Assembly: GCA_965214605.1 (NCBI GenBank)
Contig: OZ243961.1
Location: 1,632,001 to 1,696,000, forward strand
DNA length: 64,000 bases
Direction of reading: 5' to 3'
Source of the DNA: an uncultured Candidatus Binatia bacterium
Lineage (GTDB): Bacteria; Desulfobacterota; Binatia; Bin18
The notes under the pieces are model-generated. The model worked only from the letters and a program-made list of their open reading frames with translations. It did no database searches and had not been told where the DNA came from. The translations under genes were made by a program, and so were the position numbers. Shown in pieces: positions 51,636-60,843 of this stretch. Position 1 is the first letter of the stretch. Each line of letters begins with the position of its first letter.

Positions 51636-51670
51636 TCGCGTCTCTCTCAGTGTTTGCCGCTAGAGTCCCA

Positions 51671-51880
51671 TCAAGGGGTAAAGAACAACGCCTCCAGAGA
51701 AACCTCGACCTGTTTGTTGTCGATGATCTTGGAGGCGTCAAGAATCTCAATTTCCAGCGGCCGTCCATTTTTAGAAAAGTGCACGATGACCCCCTCAGTC
51801 ATGTCTGTGGAGTCGCAGGGTTGTCCCTCGCTCAACTGAATGGTGAGCACGTCCGCATCACGAGAGTATACGATCTTCAT
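51671..51880 (-). CDS. DUF2283-family small protein (putative antitoxin)
   Basis: MKIVYSRDADVLTIQL..GVIVHF..GRPLEIEILDAS. Confidence 0.8.
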   Translation of the reverse strand: MKIVYSRDADVLTIQLSEGQPCDSTDMTEGVIVHFSKNGRPLEIEILDASKIIDNKQVEVSLEALFFTP

Positions 51881-52200
51881 ATTTTCCCCCTCCCTGGAAA
51901 TAGCGCTTTGCAAGCGGACGATACGCGGTCACTGCAACAGGCCGCCTTTCTTCATACTCATATATCACCCGAACGAGATGTTCTCCTCTGCGGAGATGAG
52001 CAATAAAACGGCCATGATGACCGACGAGCACCTCTTCAGGGAAGAGCATCGTCCGTACCCAGATCGTCTGTAAGACGCCACTGTTCGAGCCTTCTCAGGA
52101 CGTGACGGGTGAGCAAGACCGCAACACTTTTCCCATTCGCCTGAATTTCATATACTTTCCCACGCGGATGGTCATGGATTGCGGTGAACCAGTACGCCAT
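51858..52200 (-). pseudogene. DUF4258-like (RelE-like) putative toxin, frameshifted near 52045
   Basis: LTRHVLRRL..(shift)..FPEEVLVGH.GRFIAH..LVRVIYEYE..VAVTAY; overlaps the DUF2283 start. Confidence 0.65.
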
Positions 52201-52254
52201 AGTATATGGGTGCTCGTTAGCGACGTCTCCGTTGAGGTGTCCGTGCACCGGCGC

Positions 52255-52420
52255 GTTGGTCCGCCAGCGAAGCTAAGCTCTTGATCTTATCCCCGGTCAC
52301 ATCCCAGGCGAGCGCACGAGCCGCGTACCGGGCGGCGCGTCTCTCATATCCGGGTATGTCCTGGGCCTTGTCAATCGGGTCATGGAAATAGGCCAACAAC
52401 AATCGATCCCAGTCACCAAC
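52255..52420 (-). pseudogene. cas10: Second, short 5' stub of cas10/cmr2
   Basis: DWDRLLLAYFHDPIDKAQDIPGYERRAARY..AWDVT..IKSLASLADQ aligns with the 51205-51362 copy. Confidence 0.8.
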
Positions 52421-52502
52421 CGGTCGATTTTCCTGACCGCCATGAATCAGGGCAGGGGCCTGTGTGAGGTGACGGTCGGCGTTATGGACGGGGAATTTCG
52501 CT

Positions 52503-53097
52503 ATGACTTTTCGTAATCGAATCACCCCCCACCGGGTCTCAACCCGGCTTGCGCACGGCATTGCTGCTTGTGACGGCGTGGTGGTGCGTCACACTGGTGG
52601 CCTGCTCCAAGCCCAGGATGCCTCGGTTATTCGGAGGAACGCCGGACACGGTGACGCGGCTCAGCTTGGCCGCCAGCCAATATCTGAACCCGAATGTCGC
52701 CGGCGTCCCGTCACCCGTTGTGCTGATTCTGTATGAACTGGCCGAGACGACCGGTTTTGAGGGCGCTGCGTTCAACCAGCTCTTCTATAACGACCGGCAG
52801 ACGCTCGGGGGCGGGGTGCTGGCGCGGCAGGAGTTCCGCATCGAACCCGGCAAGATCCTCACCATGAACCGCGTTCTGGACCCGAAGACAACGCATCTGG
52901 GATTTGTTGCCGGCTACCGGATCGAACAAAACCGCTGGCGCCTCATGGTCGATGTGGAGCCCCAGACGACCCAGAAGCATGTCATTATCGTTGGCTCACA
53001 CACCCTATCCTTTTCTGAGGCCGCGGCCGCTCCAAGGCATGAACTCACACCCGAGCCTTTGGTCAGCAGGCTTTCCTCTCTCTTCGAGCAAACGTAA
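52503..53097 (+). CDS. tssJ: Type VI secretion lipoprotein TssJ (5' end probably frameshifted)
   Basis: LVAC lipobox, LNPN..G.PSPVVL.LYEL, LGFVAGYR..WR; ATG 52503 is out of frame with the body (52549-53097). Confidence 0.75.
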
Positions 53098-53905
53098 CGG
53101 CAGAACTCAGCAAACCCATCTGGTATCAGGGCATGTTCATGCGCCCGCAGCATTTTCAGCAACAGAAGCGCTACTGGGAGACCTTCATCAATGAGCATAG
53201 CTCGGGCCTGTTCGGGTACGGCTGGGGACTCCGGCAGCTTGAGATTGACCAATCCGCGCTTGAGGTGGGCAGCTTCCATATCAGCCGGATCGTCGTCACC
53301 CTGCCGGACGGTACCCCGCTCAGCGCACCAGGCGGTGCCGATTTGCCACCGCCCCGGGCCTTTAGGGCTGAGGCCGCTGGCGAACGCGTGATGTTGGCCC
53401 TCCCCGTCCGCCGGGCCGATGCAACCGAAGTCTCAGGGACAAATGCCACCGAACACGAACGGCGGTGGCGAAGGCTCTCAGTCTCGCTGCGCGACACCAG
53501 CAGCGAGGACGAGGACTATTGCGATGTCCAGGTGGGCCGTCTGGCTCCAGCGTTATTGCTGGAAAAGGAAGTGACGGGCGCCTACGGGACTGTGCCGATC
53601 GCCCGGATCGAAAGCGCCTCCGAGAACGCTATCAGCCTGGATGAAAACTATCTGCCACCCGTGATGAACTGCAACGCTCATGCCGGATACAGGCGTGTGC
53701 TGGGCGATATCCGCGCAATCCTGCACCACCGTGCCGAGAGGCTGGCCAAACAGCTCGACCCGTCAACAGCCACGGGCCTGTCGGACATACTGGATTTCCT
53801 GCTGCTCCAGATGATCAACCGGCACGAAGCCACTTTTGTGCATATGATGCAGCTCAATCATATTCAGCCTGAACGGGCCTTTGTTGCTACGGCCGAGTTG
53901 GCCGA
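53097..53905 (+). pseudogene. tssK: Type VI secretion baseplate TssK, start mutated (ACG) and 3'-truncated
   Basis: KPIWYQGMFMRPQHFQQQ, WGLRQLEID, PDGT, YLPP, DFLLLQMINR; family-like sequence ends at about 270 aa. Confidence 0.8.
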
Positions 53906-54093
53906 CGTGCCCATGTGTTCCGACCTTGGCCCCCACCACCACGACCCGCCATCACACTGATCGCCATCCCGCAACCACGGCCTATATTGCCCGCTTACGC
54001 CTGTTTCGACCACCGGATGCCCGATGCCCACACGCCCGCCCCGCGTCAACCAACCCCCTTCCCACCTGCGTGACTACAGGATCGTCCTGACGG

Positions 54094-55060
54094 TCAACTG
54101 CCAATGTATTGATCGTAAGCTGCAGCGAGCATTTGAGAATCCGTGTACCTGGGCTGCCAATTCAGTTGGTTCCTGGTGTGGGAGATGTCAAGTACCAAAG
54201 TCTTGTCGGCAACGGCAAATTGCTCAGGGTACAGTATGGTCAGGCCAGACCAATCGAGCACGGTCAGGATATTTTTTACAAGCAGCCCTGGTATTTTCAG
54301 AATCTTCGACGAAGATCCCTTTGATTGAATCAAATCGAGTAGAAGATCGTATACGCATGGCGGGTCTTCTGATCCAAGGTTGTATTCGGAGTTTGGCACG
54401 TTTTTATCCAATGCACAGATTATGGCGGAAACACAATCATGCACGGAAACCATCTGATAACAATTCTTGCCGTCACCAATGATTGGTACGGGCAGGTTGT
54501 TTCTGATATTCGAAAACAGCTTCTCCAATACGCCGAGTCTGCCTGGTCCGATTATCAATCGAGGCCTGAAGATAGTAATGTTCATGTTGCGTTTTCGATA
54601 TTCCTGAATCAACAGCTCTGATTTCTTCTTGCTATTGCCGTACTCGCCATTAGGACATTTCACATGATCAGTTCTTACGGGGAGGGATTTCGGATTCCCA
54701 TAGATCATGTCAGTACTGAAGAAAATCATCTTCTTGCATTTTGCTCGAACCATGTGTTCCAGGACGAGTCTAGTGCCCGTGGTATTGACTTCGTCAAAAA
54801 ATCTCTGTCGTCGAAAACGAGGTACGGAAGAATGGTATTGTCTGGCAGCAAGATGATAAACTGTATCAGATGGTGTCAATAAAAGATTTTCGATTGAAGA
54901 CTTATCCGTAATATCCAATAGACGAAATTCGATTTGATTCAGATGGTTGTTTTGCATGTCATGAATATCACAACATACGACCCTTTCGTCCCTTTCAATC
55001 AGCTTACGTGCCAGAAATCGACCTACGAATCCCAGCTCCACCTATGATGATATGGGCCAT
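54094..55060 (-). pseudogene. NAD-dependent epimerase/dehydratase with +1 frameshift in the Rossmann motif
   Basis: MAHIIIGGAG|FVG split by an extra G near 55032; YHLAA, YGNSK, RPRLIIGPGRLG; low GC. Confidence 0.8.
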
Positions 55061-55065
55061 GGTCT

Positions 55066-55455
55066 CTAATTGCTTTTCGAAATGAACACTATGCCAGTAC
55101 AAATCAAAAATATACCGATGATTCGAAACATATTCATCGATTCATGGAAAAATAGATAACCGGCAACAGCTACAACAACATATCCAATGCTCAGAAAAGG
55201 ATAGGCAAAGCTTACTTCTGCTCGTAACAGAACGACCATCCAAAGTCCAACGCTCGAGATATAGCAGAATATCGCAATTATAACATAGTGATTGGTGCGA
55301 ATTTCATAAGAAATTGATCCAATGTCCTTGAATGTCAAAGCTATAGGACCAGGGATAGTCATTCCCTTTTTCAGAAATAACTGGGCTCCTGCATTAAGGA
55401 GGACACTCGTTAATATCAACGATATCAGTTTTGTGGAGGATTCGTTATTGTTCAT
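55066..55455 (-). CDS. SMR/EamA-like small transporter (ArnE/ArnF-like flippase subunit)
   Basis: 4 TM segments, AQLFLKKGM, EVSFAYPFLSIGYV, FHE; low GC. Confidence 0.8.
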   Translation of the reverse strand: MNNNESSTKLISLILTSVLLNAGAQLFLKKGMTIPGPIALTFKDIGSISYEIRTNHYVIIAIFCYISSVGLWMVVLLRAEVSFAYPFLSIGYVVVAVAGYLFFHESMNMFRIIGIFLICTGIVFISKSN

Positions 55456-55499
55456 AATTTATTGTCCAGGGAAGATGGTGTTGGGAGGAGCATTATCCT

Positions 55500-55757
55500 G
55501 CCCTTCCGCGCCCGTGTCCAGCACTACCATGAGGGTCGGGCACTTCGCACCGAGACGGTCATCAACAACACTTACGACTTCGATGTCGGCAGAAGGCTGC
55601 ACAACCTTGAACAGCTCTGCGAGCTCGGCTTCGCCGCCAATCGACGCCTGCTGCGTGTACAACGTATCAGCCATGACGCGACTATCGGAGTGAAGGTGTT
55701 CGATGAGCTGAGCCGTCCTCGCGTGGTGGGCCGGCAGCGAGCTCCCGCGCTACGCTT
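55500..55757 (+). mobile_element. Internal fragment of a conserved putative mobile-element (transposase-like) protein
   Basis: HYHEGRALRTETVINNTYDFDVGRRLHNL..LGFAANRRLL.VQRISHD..QRAPALR resembles, from memory, a multicopy IS-like protein family; frame runs directly into the repeat. Confidence 0.45.
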
Positions 55758-57739
55758 GTTTCAATCCCCTATCAAGCGGGGCGTAGGTTTAAACATGACT
55801 TTACAAGAGACCCTTAATGCAGTTCGTAATTCAATGGTTTCAATCCCCTATCAAGCGGGGCGTAGGTTTAAACGTTCGGATACAAAATCGCATTCCCGTT
55901 CACAGTCCCTTGCGGACTGGGTTTCAATCCCCTATCAAGCGGGGCGTAGGTTTAAACACAGCGTATCGAGCAGTTGACGTCACGGCTCCCCCGCGCAGTA
56001 AAAAAGTTTCAATCCCCTATCAAGCGGGGCGTAGGTTTAAACTTAATGACACACGATTCTCATGCTTTGTCAAAAAGCACATATCCTGTTTTTGTTTCAA
56101 TCCCCTATCAAGCGGGGCGTAGGTTTAAACCGGCTTGATGAGCTGGTGGCGATCTGCCCCAATCCTCTCAAAAGTTTCAATCCCCTATCAAGCGGGGCGT
56201 AGGTTTAAACTTACGGGCCATGCGATTACCCGGTAAGGGACTGCGAATACCAGCTGTTTCAATCCCCTATCAAGCGGGGCGTAGGTTTAAACCGCTCCAT
56301 ATTAGAATCCTTACATGGAACATGTAAATCAATTGCACATTGAAGTTTCAATCCCCTATCAAGCGGGGCGTAGGTTTAAACTTGTCGATCTGACTTCTAT
56401 TGCTTGCAGAAGATGTACCCAGTACCAGAAGTTTCAATCCCCTATCAAGCGGGGCGTAGGTTTAAACAGTTGACTGCTTCCTTAAGCAAGACCGAGCGCA
56501 TCGAGAGTTTCAATCCCCTATCAAGCGGGGCGTAGGTTTAAACATGGTGACGACCTGTCCGTCGGCCGTAGTGAGAGCGCAGGCAGTTTCAATCCCCTAT
56601 CAAGCGGGGCGTAGGTTTAAACACCACGACCATTACGTACGCCGCATTACTTGCGAGGCATGGAGTTTCAATCCCCTATCAAGCGGGGCGTAGGTTTAAA
56701 CACGTTGAAAGCGAGGCACCCACCGATCAGGGCGATGCACAAAGTTTCAATCCCCTATCAAGCGGGGCGTAGGTTTAAACCGGAGAGAACTTTCGCGCGC
56801 TCTACGACGCGACCTTCACCTGGGTTTCAATCCCCTATCAAGCGGGGCGTAGGTTTAAACTTTTCGGGAAAGTGATGACCGGAAAGCGATGATGACCATT
56901 GTGTTTCAATCCCCTATCAAGCGGGGCGTAGGTTTAAACCGGCCAAAGATATCAGCGCCGCTTGAGCGCGTCGGACATCTCCAAGTGTTTCAATCCCCTA
57001 TCAAGCGGGGCGTAGGTTTAAACTCCCACAGGAAGAAATTCTCCCCAAGACCATGGCCAAGTGTTTCAATCCCCTATCAAGCGGGGCGTAGGTTTAAACG
57101 GTGGAGCTGGCAAAGATCCGGCAAAACATGCTCCTGGTCGGGTTTCAATCCCCTATCAAGCGGGGCGTAGGTTTAAACTCCGCAGTACTTGCACGGCATG
57201 GACATAGCGCCAACGCAAAGTTTCAATCCCCTATCAAGCGGGGCGTAGGTTTAAACAGGAGGACAGCATGGCCTACACGAAAGTGACCCACGGTCGGCTC
57301 GTTTCAATCCCCTATCAAGCGGGGCGTAGGTTTAAACGCGCGGCCTTCAGCGAGAATAGGAGCCCTATGGCCCCGCAAGTTTCAATCCCCTATCAAGCGG
57401 GGCGTAGGTTTAAACCCGGGAAACGGTCGGACGCCGGCGGTACCGTGCAACCGGGTTTCAATCCCCTATCAAGCGGGGCGTAGGTTTAAACAAGCAGAAT
57501 CCTCGCATTATCGCGCTACTTGATCTTATTGATTCTCTTCCGTTTCAATCCCCTATCAAGCGGGGCGTAGGTTTAAACCTGGTCGACCGCGAATGTCTTG
57601 GTCAGCCTCACGGACCGGGACAAGTTTCAATCCCCTATCAAGCGGGGCGTAGGTTTAAACCCCTAAATCTATCCCAATCGTGCACGGACCAACGCGATAT
57701 TTGTTTCAATCCCCTATCAAGCGGGGCGTAGGTTTAAAC
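55758..57739 (-). CRISPR. CRISPR array, 25 identical 37-bp repeats and 24 spacers of 39-52 bp
   Basis: Plus-strand repeat GTTTCAATCCCCTATCAAGCGGGGCGTAGGTTTAAAC; minus strand ends ATTGAAAC with a CCCC/GGGG hairpin, so it is transcribed from the cas2 side. Confidence 0.98.
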
Positions 57740-57936
57740 CCTCTACCAAATTTCTTCTTATCTGACAAGCGTTTACCTCAACGTTTTTCGTAACCCAAGG
57801 ATTGAGACGGCACCCATCGCTTGATGAGGCAGCTCTCAATTTGGCGAATGGCGCGAAACTGTAGCAGCTTCAAAGAATTGGCCAATTTCGTACCCCCAGG
57901 TGATTCCTAGAGCCACCTAGAGGTTACGACTGCCGC
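57740..57936 (-). promoter_or_regulatory. CRISPR leader
   Basis: Non-coding, relatively AT-rich segment between the cas2 stop and the first repeat; repeated TCGTAACC-like motifs. Confidence 0.75.
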
Positions 57937-58224
57937 TCACACTATGAAGACATCCTCCTCGCCAACTCGCTCCGTCTTCTCGCTCACGCCCATATAGACC
58001 TGCTCCTTCTCACAGGAAGCGCAGAGGCGACAAGCGAGCACGTTGTCCTCGGTCGAATCAATCAGAGCAGATAGCTCGGACAGGCACTTGTCAAAGAGCA
58101 CACGATCAACCACTAGCTCGAACACGCTGTCCTGGACACGATCACCGTATGCATCCAAGCATTCGGCCACCCGACGACGACGCTGGTCACTAGTAATATC
58201 ATAGCATACAACAAAGCGGGGCAT
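57937..58224 (-). CDS. cas2: CRISPR-associated endonuclease Cas2
   Basis: VVCYDITSD.RR.RVA..L..YG.RVQDSVFE. Confidence 0.95.
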   Translation of the reverse strand: MPRFVVCYDITSDQRRRRVAECLDAYGDRVQDSVFELVVDRVLFDKCLSELSALIDSTEDNVLACRLCASCEKEQVYMGVSEKTERVGEEDVFIV

Positions 58225-58235
58225 CAGTAATCTCC

Positions 58236-59273
58236 TCACGAATGGCGTAGAAGCAGGGGCCGGTAGGGTTCATGGCCACGCACGTGAGCGGCCAAGCGGT
58301 CGGCCTGACGGCGGAGTAAGTCCTCGGGTGGAATGTCCTCTGCAAGCCCTGGTAGGGGCGCATCCATGAACGCTTCCCAGGCACGGAAAAAAGTCCGCAG
58401 GCCGTTACGCGTGAGACGTACACCGCCTCGTTCAAGGTCAGACTCAAAATGCTCGGGACGCAATTGGCGCAGATTGCAAACCCGCAAAACAAAGCGGTCA
58501 ACAATTGGATGGCGCATTTCCTCCAGCAGGTCGAGTGCCAGACTCGGCCGACCAGAACGGACCGTGTGCATGAAGCCAAGGTAGGGATCGAAACCGCGCG
58601 CCTCCAGCAGGCTGGCCAACGTATTGGCCAGTAGCACATATCCGAAGGACAGCAGAGCGTTGGCAGGGTCAGGTGGTGGGCGGCGGGCACGGCCCGTAAA
58701 GCAAATGTCACCGGTAAACCCGATCTGCAGTCCCGCAAAATAGCGCCGTGCAGCGTCACCCTCAAAGCCCATCAGGACCTCTCGGCTGGACGCCTGCGAG
58801 ATCGTCTCACTCATCGTCTTGAGTTCGCTGATCGCCCGTCCCAGGGCTGGCTCACCTCGACGGTTGGAGCGTAGGGCGGTGAGGACACCAGCCGCATTGT
58901 GCAGCTTGGCCGAGACAAAGGTCTTGGTAAGTGGGAGCGCCTGCTGACTGTTCTCAACCAGACGGAACTGAGCGATACGCAGGTCGGCGGTACGTGACAG
59001 TTCGGGGACAAGACGACCAACAAAATCTCCGTTGGCCAAAAACCACGCGACCGCAATGCCTTGCTCTAGGCAGAGCTGTGTAGCATCCGAAGTGATATGG
59101 ACTCGGCCTAAGAGGGCGATCAGTTCAAGACGGTGGGGTTCAACCTCAATCAACCGGCGGCGGCGCTCAGGCTGCGATCCGGGCCCATCGGGATCTTTAT
59201 CGATCGTGACCACAATGGAACCAGCCGACCGACGCACCACTGCGCCCGGCTCTGTGACGTACAGGGTAGGCAT
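58236..59273 (-). CDS. cas1: CRISPR-associated endonuclease Cas1
   Basis: TLYVTEPGA, LMGFEG.AAR.YF, RPPPDPANALLSFGY, DPYLGFMH, SLALDLLEE.R. Confidence 0.95.
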   Translation of the reverse strand: MPTLYVTEPGAVVRRSAGSIVVTIDKDPDGPGSQPERRRRLIEVEPHRLELIALLGRVHITSDATQLCLEQGIAVAWFLANGDFVGRLVPELSRTADLRIAQFRLVENSQQALPLTKTFVSAKLHNAAGVLTALRSNRRGEPALGRAISELKTMSETISQASSREVLMGFEGDAARRYFAGLQIGFTGDICFTGRARRPPPDPANALLSFGYVLLANTLASLLEARGFDPYLGFMHTVRSGRPSLALDLLEEMRHPIVDRFVLRVCNLRQLRPEHFESDLERGGVRLTRNGLRTFFRAWEAFMDAPLPGLAEDIPPEDLLRRQADRLAAHVRGHEPYRPLLLRHS

Positions 59274-59281
59274 AACGCTTA

Positions 59282-60619
59282 TCAGATTGTTGCGACAAAG
59301 TTATTATCAAAGCTCAGCCAGCGCGCTGTCTTCAGGCGCTCCTCAGCAACCTTATCATCAAGGATCAAAAGTTTTTCCATCTCCTGATAAATCCGTCGTA
59401 AAGAATCGGAGTCGGGAGCTTGAGCGTCAAATTCGTGGTTGAGGATGCTCTGATTGCGCAGCTTGCCTAGGCTAAACAGGTTGGCGGCCTCAAGTAACTT
59501 TTCACCCAGAGGGTCCCCCTGCCATCGCAGCAGGAGCGCGGCCTTCTCTCGGGTAGCTTCCAAGTAGCCGGGCTTTCTGGCCTTTGCAAGCGGCCGCTCG
59601 TTTTTCGCCCGCAAGGAATCTTGGAATTTTTGAATGTACGGATTGGATTCCGGTAGCGCGGAGGAATCGAGCTGTACGTCAAAAAGGCGTATCTGACCGA
59701 GCATCTCGAGCACTCGATAGGCCCGAATCAGCGCATCCTCCAGCTCGCCGTTGCGCAGACGTCGCTCGCCGTTGACCAGGACATCGCAGACTACAAGGCG
59801 CAGCCACGCCGCAAATTGTCTATGCCTGCCACGGTCCGCTTGTCGGGCAAGTCCCCGCACCCACCCCTTGACTTCTGCGTCCGGCAGGAAAACGCGCAAC
59901 TCCTGTGGAAAGGCCCGTGCTTTTGGCAGCTTACTCAGTACATCGGCGGCACGTTGGTAGTCGAGTCGGTCCCACGCGCTCAGGAAACCGGCCAGGGGAC
60001 GTACGGCAACCAGTGTCTCGTGATCCTCCGGGGTCGACAGCCCCGGTCTCGGCAGTAGATCAATCGCAGCAGCGTAACGACCGTGGCGAAACATCAAGTG
60101 GACATTTTCGATCTGTTTCCGCTCGGAAAGCGCCTGGGTATCGAAAGTCCCAACGTTTTCGGTACCCGCGATGACCGTGCCGCCCGGCCCGTGCCGGTCC
60201 CCGCTAATGTAGCGGAATTGCGGTACATTATGGGCAGCTGCAGCGAGTACCAGTGCAGCGCTCATTGCCTTGGTTCCGCGGGTGAAGTCAACCAGCACCT
60301 CAGCGGCGTCAACGTCCTTTAGGGTGTCGCGGAGCTTTTTATTGAAAAAAGCAAAACAAGCGTCGGCATCGTCCTCCATTCCCGGTTCAGGTAAGGCGTA
60401 TGTTTTGAACTTTATGTCGTGCTCCGCGTGCCTCCTGGTCAGCTCTCTGGCGTGCGGTTTTGTATCCTGGGACGGAAAGAGCACCACCCGCGCCCAGTGC
60501 CCTGTATCAATCGATTTTTGTAGGGGCGTATATAAGGATCCCTCAAGGTCTTTCGGGTTACCCGTTCCAATAGTCAAAACCAGCACTCTTCGATGGCCAG
60601 CGATTTGTGACATGGTCAT
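59282..60619 (-). CDS. CARF-HEPN ancillary ribonuclease (Csm6-like/TIGR02710-like)
   Basis: VLTIGTG and VDFTRGTKAMSAAL CARF motifs, AWDRLDY, RAYRVLE, RNQSILNH HEPN motif. Confidence 0.82.
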   Translation of the reverse strand: MTMSQIAGHRRVLVLTIGTGNPKDLEGSLYTPLQKSIDTGHWARVVLFPSQDTKPHARELTRRHAEHDIKFKTYALPEPGMEDDADACFAFFNKKLRDTLKDVDAAEVLVDFTRGTKAMSAALVLAAAAHNVPQFRYISGDRHGPGGTVIAGTENVGTFDTQALSERKQIENVHLMFRHGRYAAAIDLLPRPGLSTPEDHETLVAVRPLAGFLSAWDRLDYQRAADVLSKLPKARAFPQELRVFLPDAEVKGWVRGLARQADRGRHRQFAAWLRLVVCDVLVNGERRLRNGELEDALIRAYRVLEMLGQIRLFDVQLDSSALPESNPYIQKFQDSLRAKNERPLAKARKPGYLEATREKAALLLRWQGDPLGEKLLEAANLFSLGKLRNQSILNHEFDAQAPDSDSLRRIYQEMEKLLILDDKVAEERLKTARWLSFDNNFVATI

Positions 60620-60732
60620 CCCTCTGAATCTGGAGTCTGATACACTTCTCTATCGTCACCCGCGGAGCCGACTAGATAAAATCAAGTATGAGGCAGAACC
60701 TACCTTGTCGTCTTATTCCTGCCTTTGCCCCG

Positions 60733-60843
60733 GCAGACTGTCGAGTCTCTTACGCCACGTTGTCTCCCATTATCATGACTTTCTTAGGCTTCTTGAAACG
60801 GATTATCCAGCAGATTGTCGAGTCTCTTACGCCACGTTGTCTC
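60733..60843. repeat. 34-bp direct repeat duplicating the 3' end of the cmr6-cmr1 gene
   Basis: GCAGA(C/T)TGTCGAGTCTCTTACGCCACGTTGTCTC at 60733-60766 and 60810-60843, 33/34 identical. Confidence 0.9.

Noticed and set aside
55459-55674. 71-aa minus-strand ORF next to the array as an anti-CRISPR or ancillary gene
   Set aside because: The opposite strand carries the more recognisable protein fragment, and this ORF crosses a compositional junction.
55817-57483. Short plus-strand ORFs with repeating FQSPIKRGVGLN / VSIPYQAGRRFK peptides
   Set aside because: They are translations of the CRISPR repeats, not genes.
55758-57739. Self-targeting spacers or duplicated spacers within the window
   Set aside because: None noticed by eye; an exhaustive alignment was not possible, so this is unproven rather than excluded.
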